In this document: positions 54,060-64,000 of the stretch, piece after piece | Position numbering within the stretch: the stretch's first letter is position 1 | Layout: each line of letters begins with the position of its first letter | Assembly (NCBI GenBank): GCA_036172245.1 | Contig: JAYWIR010000014.1 | Span: 2,108,001 to 2,172,000 of the forward strand | DNA length: 64,000 nt | DNA from: Raillietiella orientalis | Lineage: Eukaryota | Direction: 5' to 3' | Translations under genes and position numbers: made by a program | The notes under the pieces: model-generated | Database searches by the model: none | The model's input: only the letters and a program-made list of their open reading frames with translations | What the model was told of the DNA's origin: nothing

Positions 54060-55580
54060 ACAAACCGAGACTATAGAATTTGACGAGGATAACCTTTTCG
54101 GAAAACTGCATGCTTGGTTTCACACTTCGTGCATCGCAGCTGCTACTAGCTTCACCAGGGCACTTTGTTCTTAAAGCACTTTCAAGGTAAAGTGGGCCTT
54201 TCTCAAAGTGGAAGTGGCTGCAGTAGGTGTAGCACGATTTGTTTGGAGCCGAACGTGACTGTTTCGACAGATCGGAAATTACACTCGCAAGGCAAAACAA
54301 GGAAAAAGGAGGAAATGTCGTTTGTCCGTGCCAACGTTCTCCGTGCTTGCTGTGTTGCGGTCTCATTGGCTCGTTTCGACGTGACGACGGTTGCGGGAGC
54401 GGTCCATAGGCGAGATGCTAGTGATGCGCGTCGGACTTTGCTGTCGTGTCAATTGCAGCTCAATTGAATGCTGGCTATGAAAGATGTTGAAAACCTGCTT
54501 CCATCCATTGAAGAGACAATGATCACGGTATTCGAATCCATTGCGGCACGATTGGAAAAAGCAACCACGAGCCTGGAAGCTGCGGCAACAACGGTGGCCC
54601 AACCTCGCGTGAAAGAGTCCGACAGCTTCGATAATTCGAGTTTCCCAAGTGTACTTGCCTCAGACCTACAGACAAGTACGAAGGTGTACATCCATGCTGC
54701 CCGAAGTTGCCGGAGCCATACGTGCGAAACGCATCCGCATGGGTGTTTCGAACAATTGGGCTTGGGAAGCAATTCGTTGTTTTGTTCCCCCTAGCATTCC
54801 TTGGCTCCTTTTTGTGAAAACAGCTTGGGTTGCTGGGATGGGAAACAAGGTTTGAAATTCTTGCAATTCCGATTCATTGCCTGTCTTTTGAGAAACGGAC
54901 CCTGAGTGGCTCCTGGACTTCTACGAAATTCGATGGGGATCTTTGGCGGTTTACCACTTTCGATCTCTAGATATTCTTCCCCGAAGAGGTTCGGCAGCAC
55001 GCGAATATGGTGGTGAAAGCATTCTGGTAAAAGCTCCGTATTTTCAAGGCCATCGTTTGCGGTTGCCTTCCTACCGTTTTCAAAGTGTGCGAACCAGTGC
55101 TTGGAAACAACTTTTGCTGCTCGTGCAGAATCCAGAGTGATTTCCTCCATTTGGCATCTTGTTGAGAGCAGTCTAATGACCGTACGGTGCCTCTTTCCGA
55201 ATGTCTTCGACAAATCGAGGCATTCAGAGAGAACAACAGCTCATGCTTAATGCAGCTTCAAACTCCACTCGCGCTCGTCTTTGCGTGATAAGCGAACGAG
55301 TTGCGGACATTGCTTGGCTGACGAGAGTAAGTAGAAGGGCGCGTAAGTCGAAAGTATCCTTTCCCGATAGCCCAGATCGGGCAACAGCTGGGAAGGATAT
55401 AATGGAAGTAGAGCAATTGTTTGCTGGTCGCGTCCTTGAGGAATCGAAAGCAAAGTAAGTCTGGTGCACAGAGGGAAAACCAAAAAGTTGCTTGTTGCTT
55501 TCAGGGATGAGCAGGTGGCGTGCTTCAATTCGTGGATGAGTGTGTTGTCTGACTTGCACACATTTGTGCAAACGCATTAC
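54060..55580 (-). pseudogene. Degenerate NIPBL-like fragment (central/C-terminal HEAT region)
   Basis: Collinear with near-native spacing: AVARSGLSGKD (~AVDPSILARLD), GKRHRTVIRLLSTRC (~GISVRKRVIKILRDIC), KHWF (~KLWF), GWATVV..AFSNR (~GMTVV..AVVNK), SLF..CSHFHF (~SLF..CRHFDF). Confidence 0.65.
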
Positions 55581-56570
55581 CCAACATGTCTGAGCTGGAA
55601 CGCTGGAGGCGGCAGCGTTCGCGAGAGCGTAACGACACCCCCACTTGCACCCATCACGACCTGTCTCTGCCCTGCCCGAGTCCCATCAGCTGACTCGGCC
55701 GCATTCCTTTCCGATTGAAATCCGATCCGAGTAGTAGGAAGAGGTAGAATTCTCGCTGATTTCAGAGTTCTTTTAATGTTGCTCGTCAGGCTTCCGGCAT
55801 GTCACTGATGGCAGCAAAGCAGTGAAGTCTCCAGTCCCACCTGAAGAAGCAGGTTGCAACGTGATTGGGACGATGGGATGGCGTGGATAAACCTTTTCGA
55901 AAATGCTACGTTTGTCTTTTGTGTACTTGTTCTTCGTTCTGTGAGAGAAGTTTTCACCTCGCATGCATGAAGTCTCAGTGCACACCCCGTTGAGTGCGCA
56001 TCCTTGTACAGATGGTGCCGCTTGTCGACAAATTGCATGGACTAGGAATGATCCCTGTGCTTTTCTTTCATGCTGACCCGTTCAAGAAATCTCTCTTGCA
56101 CTCGAGGCTCCAGAGAGAGCGAACGGACACCAAATGTAGACGATGTCCTCGAGAAACGAGTATGGAAATTTCGCTGTTATCTGATCCTCCCTATCTTGTG
56201 GGGAAGTGTTTTTTTTTTTTTTTTTTGCTTTCTCAACAAAAACAAAAAACGAAGGAGTACTCAGGAGGAATCCACAGAGTCGGTGAAAGTGATGCCTCCT
56301 AATTGCAGAGTGCAAGCATTACCGTTCGCGCTTTTGCGAAATGCACTGCAATGTCGGAAATGGAATCCTCCATCATTCCCTCTGAAAGGAATACCGAGTA
56401 AAGTTGGTCCCTGGTCCCTACTACATACTGTTTACCAGATAAAGCAGCGGCAAAAGGCGGATCTTTGCATTCTGAAATCGCCGGTCTCACCGGAAAACAA
56501 ACAAGACAACCAATTATTACTTTCATTTTCTCAGAAGGCTTCTACCTCACTTTCATCCTATGCCATTCCT
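54500..56570 (+). pseudogene. Near full-length intron-containing CAP (Srv2/capulet) pseudogene
   Basis: ARLEKATTSLE; ISERVADIAWL; RVLEESKAK|DEQV; WMSVLSDLHTFVQTHYPTCLSWN; SAAFLSD*N; GFRHVTD; VWKFRC; YAIP. Relic introns GTAAGT..AG at 55327-55370 and 55455-55504; removing the second restores the CAP alignment in frame. Confidence 0.8.
55720..56170 (-). pseudogene. Degenerate NIPBL-like C-terminal fragment
   Basis: FVDKRH (~EIDKKY), ALLPSVTCRKPDEQ (~DNLACFPYQTQEEP); weak. Confidence 0.35.
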
Positions 56571-57340
56571 GCAGTGGTGCAGGACAACTCCCACCTCGCC
56601 GGTAGGCAACTGTCGTCACCTAAGGCAGACAGTGCTGCAGCAAAGAGGTGACTTCCGCGGGAGTGACCGCACATGGAGGAAGAGCTGCCTGGTTCGCATG
56701 CTGGCGGTGGCCGAAATTCGACCTGTCGATAGAGCCGACAGTAATGGTGGACGACCACATGAATCTTCAGAATGCCACTTGGAGGTTCTTCGTTCCGTTC
56801 CGCTGCATTCAAATCCGCAGAAGGAATCGTGTGGCATATGCAGCAGTGTAGGGGATTTGAACGCAAGAAGGGATACACGGGAATGTTGGCCGACGAACTC
56901 GCAAGAAGTCCCAGGAAGACAACTCTCGAGCCAGCCGGGAGAAGCCGAAGAGACGGGAAAGCCCAGATGGGCCGCAAGCGGAAGGTATGATATGCGGAAC
57001 AGTCCACTGCCGAGGTGTCCCTAAGAAGGAAGCGAAGAGGAAAACCCGACGAGCAGATGGGCGATTCTTCCCAGGGACGCCGTCTGCCAGGGCGGAGGAA
57101 CCGGAGCTTGACGCCATCGCGGCGATGCCGGGAAGGCGAACTCAGTTCAGGCATCCGAGGGAGAGAGATCCCCACCCTTTGATCCATCTCGATCCTCAGG
57201 TTGCCAAGATAGTTAAGCCTCGTTCCAGCACAAGGCGGCAGCAGAAAAATTTGGAAATGCTTCGTCACTTGGGAGTATCTGGCAATGACAGGGAGAGACC
57301 AGACTTCCCCCAGCTGCGACCCGAGGGCGGGGCACTGAGC
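56560..57340 (-). mobile_element. L1/Tx1-like fragment related to 43600-45136
   Basis: AAALSALGDDSCLPARWELSCTTAG vs AAALSAFRAREDSSLSARWELSCIIAG; nucleotide similarity visible. Confidence 0.65.
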
Positions 57341-58759
57341 TAGTACGGACTTTCGGGACTTCCCTCATATCAGGCAGGCAGGAGTACTCTTTTTCCGGGC
57401 TCCAAGCACAGGAAGGGTCCTCTTCCTAGATGATTCTCTGGAGCGACGATAAGGGAACTTTCCCTGCAGCTCGACCTGATTCCCCATCTTCCAACCAAAA
57501 ATTGTGCTACGTGTTTGCGTGGGCGGCGCGCGCGGGAAGGAGTCGAAGGGCTTTCCGTGCTTTCCCGACGGCATCTGCTCCTGTTTCCTGAATTCCAGTT
57601 TCTTCTTCGCGGACTTTCCTCTAGTGAAGGGAGGCAGGGAGAAGAAAAACCGCGGCCTCCAAGAGATTTTGAGTCCTCCCGCTTTTGAAACCATAGCGTT
57701 CCTTTCTTTCCAGCCCTGGAATCTGCTCTCTCCTCTCGAGCTCGCAATTTTCGCCTAAGGCATCCTTTGGCAGCAGTGGCATTTCGAAAGACGGACACTG
57801 GCAGTCCAGAAGATTCCTTCCGGCACCTTTCCCCACGGGAAGCAAGAGCCAGCAACCTTTCGGCAAAGTGGGAGGTGACGTGCATCATAGACAACCGGAA
57901 AAAACATCTGGATACGTAGACAACTCGGGAGCTTACAGATGCTGCCACCCGAGTGTCCCTCCAAAAGGACTGCTATGCTGGAGAGAGCTATTACGAATTC
58001 CTCCGGAGGAGGTGCAGCTCTCCCCATAAAGTAGCAGGATTCGGCGATCCTTCTGTTGAATTGAGGCCTCCCTTGCAATGCCCACCCACACTGCTGGACC
58101 TAGGGAAGTGCGAGCCCCGATTGCAGCAGGTGCGGCGAAAGAGAGCCACTCTCTCACCAGCTCGTGGATCGTGTTGTCCTCTCCCTTTGTGAGAACGTTT
58201 TGCCGCGTCCCTGCGGAACCCCGGGGGCAACCCCAGAGACCATCTGAAGCGTCACCTCCAGCGCGACGCCCTCATGCCGGCCGCATCCCTAGCGGCTTGT
58301 GCTGCCTACGCGGGATCGTAGATGCATGGGCAGCGCAAGAGAAGGTCAGGACGGCAGGGGCGTCATCTATTTTGCTGTCCTCTTCATGAAGATAGCGCGT
58401 CAAGATGGTCCCATCTGGGAACCTCAAAACAGGAACTTACCGGCATCCTGCATAGGATGAGGAGGGCACCCTCCAGCACCCGGTGATCCCTTCCAGGACC
58501 CTCCCAATTCTTTGTATATATTTTTTGTTTGTTTGTTTCCCCTCTCCCTCTGCTGCTGAGGAGAACCTCGCCGGTCTGCGTACGTGTTCTCGGCAGGTTC
58601 CTTTTTGTATATATATGTAACGTTGCGGGACCAAGTGTCCTGCCATTGAATTGTGTGTTATGAACAGATGACCTGACACAAGCGGGTTCAATCCAAGGAT
58701 TACAGCAAACTCTAACTGTGCACTAGCTAGATGGGGTCATGTCATTGTCATCCTCAGGA

Positions 58760-61700
58760 AGCTAACGGCAAAGTGGATGGATTCCTATCACCGTCGCCTC
58801 TTTTGGTGGCGCTCCAGGCAGCCACACTTCCGAGGAGACAGCAAACTGCTTGAGACGCTGCTGACAGTAAAGTATCGCGTACAAAGAGGCGCTTAAAAGA
58901 ATCTCTGGGGTTTTCCCACTGGGATCCGCTGCTCCGTTAGCTGTAGCAGCGGCAGCTAACGAAACAGGATTTCGTGACAAATACGATGCGGAGATGCGGG
59001 CGTGAGCAGTCCAATGTTACAAGCTCGCAATCCGCTACACAGTGAGTGGAGCGATGCCGGGAAACGACAGCAGCTAGCTCGGTGATGAGCTGCACTGTGT
59101 AGGAGTGCAGTTGGAAGATCTTCTGACCCTGTCGCCTGATGAACTCCCCATAGAGCTAGAGGAGCAGAGCTGCGGCAAAAGGGGTGCCCTCACGTTGTCA
59201 TAGTGGGGTCCTCGACGATTTTCCTGAGCAAGCAGCAAGGATAATCCAAAAATCACAGGCATTTTCATGACTCTGAGCTCTGCTCATTCACATTCGCCCA
59301 AGTGCCAACTGTTTCTTGTAGTCTGGCATTATAGTTGACGGGTCTGCAGGACATCCATTCATTCTCCTTCAGGGTAGCCAATTGCCTCAGTTGGAGTCCG
59401 CAATCAGATACCGGAGGTACATAAGGAAAGCCGTTTCCGGCTACGCTTTTGACGAGAAGGCGTGCAGGAACGCACCAATGGGTGCTCCGGTTCTTCCCCA
59501 GAAGGGTGAGAATTCTCCATTGAAACTTACTCCATTCGATCCAGCGTCAGGAGGCGGAGACCGCAGTCCCGACAGTAAACAAAGGTAGCCAGAGTACCTT
59601 TGCTTTCCCTCAGTACCAATTCGAATTAGGTGTTGAAGAGCAGGGGAATTACGGTCATCTAGAGCGCAGCTGGGCTAGGAAGACAGACGAGAATCCTATG
59701 AGTCCTAGGAGCTCCAGAAGAACATTAACAAAGGCTCCTGGTGCCTCCGTTTTAAAACGGCTTTCCATTCCTCGGTCAGCTAGGAATCCGGGATTCCTGC
59801 TGTCCGAGGGGCGCCTACCCTTGCAACTGGAGCCATGTACGGGCCAGGAACAGGATGACTTCCACTCCGTCTGGGAACACCGCATGACTGTTCCAGACTG
59901 ATAAACGTTTTTGCCAACCGTCCCAGGCTTTCAGTGCAAACTTCGCAAGCAAAGTACTTGATGATGATGGTGTTCAGACATCCGCTGTTTACATACTCTC
60001 GCTAATCGGAAGGAAGAAAGCATCTCACCCGTGTTGAATCAGAGAGCACAACTGATGCATCAGTGGAGTTAGCTCTGTCGCGAAACACTGATAAAATTCG
60101 GCCGACATGCCGTCCTCTCCTGATACTTACCTCCTATTGATCTTTCCAATAGCGAAGGTGTTCTCTTCCATGGTGAAAAACTAGCTGAATTTATCACGCG
60201 CTTCATTCCCTTTCGGGGAGGAAGCGCCTGATCACCTTCAGGCAGTAGAAGCAGCAACGAATTTGTACCCCGGAGGTGCCTTCGCGTACAGGGAGGAGTG
60301 GAACCTCCGCATGAGGCCTTTTATCTGTGCCGAGGATGAGCATTCCTGGACCTGGTCGTCCATCAAGCTGATTGGCCCCTATTGCCAGACTTGTTGCCCA
60401 GCTCCAACGTTAAAGTCGGCCAATCGTCGAACGGACTTTGCGGTTCACAAGGCTGCAAAAAAACGCGATCACTCCTTATACCTTTTCTAGATCTGGCTGG
60501 AAGCCGGTGCACAGGAAAATTCGTGCAGAACTCTCTGACCTAGATTGTCATCTCGTCCCACTCCTGGACTGCCTGCACATTGACTCCTACAGGAAGTTGC
60601 AGAGGTGCTCTTCCTGTAGGTCGAACCAGTCCCCTGGCAGATGCCACGCATTGAAGGTGGGAGTGGTTCCAGACAGATCCTTCGCGCTTTGAGACAATTG
60701 CTGACACGCGCGCAGGTGGTGGCCAAGGAAAACTTGAGGATGATATTTTCCATCTTGGATACTGTGGCCATTGAGTTGTACACGTGCATGGTTGTGAACA
60801 ACTCTTTGAGCAGATTCTGCTGAATACTTATCTCATCTAACAGCAATGGGATGTTAAAATCAGTAATCAGTCAAGTTCTCCGCACGCTTACGTCAGCCAG
60901 CCGTTCGCGCTTCGGGATATTGAAGACGCGCATGCTGGTACTCATCGAAGCGTAAATGCTTGTCTATGAGCTTCATCCAAAGAGGATAGACGTAGTGAAA
61001 CGATGGTGTAAGCAATGGAAATCAAATATTCTCTATTTTTTCTATTCTTACCCAAACCCTTTAAAATAATGGATCATTTCAACAAAAGTTACCCTACTCG
61101 ACCTTTCTCGTCGAGTAGAACTCTCGCACTGCGCTCTCCACAGCTAAAGTCAAGTAGGAACGCAACTTTGCAAGAGTGCACAGAACACCACAGTAGCTCC
61201 CCGTCCGCGATATTTCCGATCCCCTAAAGCTTCCTTCACAGAGATCCTGTAGATCCCTTGCAGGAGCGCCGGGGTCGAACGAATGCAGAGCAGAGGCCAT
61301 ATTTCCTCGTGGATGCGTAGCGTGTTGACACACCGAACAACCACGCTAGTCGATGGCAGGAGGTGAGTCCCCACATCACTGCTGCAAAAGTGGTAGAAGA
61401 GTTTCTGCTTCCTGTTCAAGCAGGCCGCTGGATAGGGGGAGCGGGAACCTGGGGGACTGAAGCACACCCTTTCCTTGATTCTCAGTTGCTGTTTCGGATT
61501 GCGGAAGTTTATCCAGAGAGTTGGGACAATTGCTGGGTCCGCGGTCCCACCAACATCGTCTCATTTCCGGAGCCTGTGTAGAAGCTTGCTCCCTTCGTGA
61601 ACAGTGATCTCACTGCTGCCAGCCCACTGAATAGCTCCTCGGATTTGGGGAAGGGGCTAGGCTTTGACCACAGTGCGTACATCATTCCGGATGACTACAG

Positions 61701-61900
61701 TTCCTGGAGGACATTGTCCTTGGAAATTCTTACCGTTATTCCGGTGAAGCGAAGGATCACGGATAGGCGCTTTCTCACATAGAGCCTGCACTCCTCTAAT
61801 GTGATTAGGGGTTCGTAGCAGGTGTTGAGCAAGGTCTGCATCTTTGCAACTGAGCTCAATCATTTACGGATCGAGAGCTTTTCTTCTCCGAGACGGAGCT
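58760..61900 (-). mobile_element. Degenerate, internally deleted L1/Tx1-like LINE (possible ORF1 knuckle, APE, RT, thumb)
   Basis: APE-like SIYA and LITDFNI; RT SGEDGMSAEFYQCFATELTPLM, CLNT..KYFA, ISLEQSCGVPRRS; later PARLLVK..LRQLATL..WMSCRPVNYN, shared with the 43.9 kb copy. Confidence 0.75.
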
Positions 61901-62190
61901 TTTGTAGCTCCTGAGCGAAGGAACACGTGATAATACCCAATTTACTCAGTCTACCTTACAGTGCTGCGAGGGATTAGATCCTTGGGCATCGTAGGTAGAG
62001 TCCAGCCTGGACTGCCAGGGAATCTTTCGCAGCCATCTGCATCCACAATCTCCCATTCTAGGAGAGCGATTCTTAAGAGGACGTGCCCTCTTCTGAGTGT
62101 ACAGCTCAAGAGAGAGGGATGTTGGCCTTCCTGGCCATTCATAGTAGTGTCTCCGGGCATGGCAGCCACGAAAATACTGCTATTCTCCAC
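60640..62190 (+). pseudogene. Degenerate NIPBL-like fragment on plus strand, antisense to the L1
   Basis: Collinear: QILRAL (~QILRVL), LSRF..ISQVLRTLTS..ILK (~LGRF..IERILDTGIS..ILR), AAKVVEEFLLPV (~VAKILELVVPL), KGLGF..LSLEILT (~IGLGF..LYNNILS), VGRVQPGL (~MGDVSSGM). Confidence 0.65.
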
Positions 62191-62830
62191 ATAGAACTTT
62201 GAAATATAGTCTGTACATGCAGCCGCCAATAGATGTAGGACACTAATTGCTGATGCATTTGCGATTGCCTGAATATATTTTTGGAAGCAAGATAGTCCGT
62301 AAATCCTTCCATTTTCATATAGTTCTTGTTTTGATGCAGATGTTGAAATATCGATATCTTACACGGGTAAACCAATGCAATCCGCATTTGCATTTTAATC
62401 ATAATTTAAGTGTGTGTATTTCATGCTATTGTTTCCTTACAAATGTGAAATGAAGTGCAAATTTTTTTGATTTGAAATCTTCCTGGAAACATGACTTACA
62501 GCATTCATACCTAAACCCTGATGCAAACATCAGCAAGTGTGGCTACAGTGTACACTTTCGAAAATCACAAACACTTGCTTTTTCATTTTTCCCATCTTCC
62601 ACAAAATCTAGATCATCATATAATGTGCTGACATTCAATAGTGCATTAACACATGGTCACTCATTACAACTATCCATTCTCAAACACATTTCGAGATGCA
62701 TTTTTCTTTAATTGATTCTCTATTTGCATCTTTGCGAGATCACCTGAAGTATTTCAAATTTCACAAAGTTGCAAGATGCATCAGTTTCTAACAACATTGC
62801 ATTTGGTGTAAAGAATGGAATTATCTCGCT
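62160..62830 (-). pseudogene. Degenerate NIPBL-like fragment (start of HEAT region)
   Basis: FTPNAMLLE (~LTPEEMMD), ADVCI (~ADACL), FYVENSS (~FFVENVS). Confidence 0.6.
62600..62710 (+). pseudogene. Short CAP-like WH2-region fragment
   Basis: SALTHGHSLQLSILKHIS (~AQINQGESITHALKHVS); single motif only. Confidence 0.3.
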
Positions 62831-62859
62831 CTTTTTTAATTAAGTCATAGTACTGCTGT

Positions 62860-63950
62860 ATACTACCTGGCTGATTCTTTCTCAAAGTGGGATTCCATTC
62901 TTTGAACATTTCTGCCACTAACATACAACTAATTCCTCTTTATTTGCATAAATGAATAAGGCTGACTTGGTCAAATCATCATGGAGCAGAGCTTGTCATG
63001 TTTGCCTATGCTAAGCGAGTCTAACTCTCACACTATCAAATCAATAAGCATTTTAGTAAAACCTGGAAAGAATTCAAGTTAACAAAACTATCCCTTTGTT
63101 GTAGGTACAGCTAATGCGCAGAATACCCTAAATCAATCACAACAAATGTACAGATTTACATACTCCTACATCAGATACACATAATCAAAAATTATTGCAC
63201 TTCATTGCTTCCAAAGCATATTTTGACTTTGCAATATACTTAGAAAATCTTCATGAACTTTTGGTTGTTTCGCACATGTCCTGTTGGATGCATAATATTA
63301 GGATTGATGCATGCACACAAATCCCTCTACCTAACGAACATAATCCCTGCACTTTTAAATAACTGATTTATTCTTACTAAGGAATGCAAATTTCTTTGCT
63401 TCTTTTTAACAACAAAATCAGTGTACACAATTTTATGAAAGATTTATTTGATGGGTGGTATCTCACTCAAAGGGTCATATACATTAAATTTCATATGTAT
63501 GTGCACAGAATAACTGCCAATACTGCTCACTTCTGACTTATGACACCAATCACATAACGTTTCCAAATTGAAACTCAATCCAGCTTTAATGGAATATTAC
63601 AAACACAAACAAGATCTAAGGGCAGTCTACATTGTACTCAATGACTTTACAGACAAGCAAAAAACAAAACCCATCACTCCTTGAACAGGCTAGGATGAAA
63701 TTAATTAAGCAAAATTAAACGAATCTAATCCTTGAATGGCATAATGACATCATTTAAAGCTTTTCATGAAAGACTGAATCATTATATTCATTCAAATGTC
63801 AAGGGCTTTTCTTTGCTTTCTTTTCTTTGTATGTATGCTCAAGCAAACTAGCACACATAAATGCATTTATGTCTATTTTTGCAGTGGTGTTTGTTTTCCC
63901 AGTGAATTTCCTTAATAAGGATTTAGCATACAAAAAATTTTACCAAGGTA
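62860..63950 (-). pseudogene. Degenerate NIPBL-like fragment (C-terminal HEAT region); enters from the right edge
   Basis: SLLEH (~NLVEH), CSRSDGFCFLLVCKVIEYNV (~CSTQNDFMVICNVAKILELVV), GFTKMLIDL (~GMSSSIMQL). Confidence 0.55.
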
Positions 63951-64000
63951 CTGAACCACTCTTCATTTCTAGTTCATAATTATGCATGGGAACAAATTAT

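Noticed and set aside
1..64000. CRISPR arrays, rRNA, tRNA, snRNA or prokaryotic operons
   Set aside because: No regularly spaced repeats or recognisable RNA-gene sequences seen; gene structure is eukaryotic.

Overview
Eukaryotic (animal, probably arthropod) genomic DNA with short GT-AG introns. Three intact intron-containing genes occupy the AT-rich core: a CAAP1-domain gene (minus, 12544-16629), ADAM17/TACE (plus, 20162-23877) and ATR/mei-41 (minus, 23943-~38282, tail-to-tail with ADAM17). Most of the rest (about 1-12.3 kb, 18.9-19.9 kb and 41-64 kb) is stop- and frameshift-riddled relic sequence. By manual translation it resolves into roughly a dozen degenerate fragments resembling the cohesin loader Nipped-B/NIPBL, about 8 resembling adenylyl cyclase-associated protein (CAP/Srv2/capulet), several L1/Tx1-clade LINE fragments and one NeSL/Utopia-type RLE retrotransposon. 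The most unusual observation is that these homologies are superimposed on opposite strands of the same nucleotides. Most NIPBL-like segments read as CAP-like (one as L1-like) on the other strand, in a different register at each locus. This could be an undescribed patchwork recombination or repair process, a cargo-carrying mobile system, or an assembly/consensus artefact. All homology calls were made by eye against protein sequences recalled from memory; no searches were run, and pseudogene boundaries are approximate.
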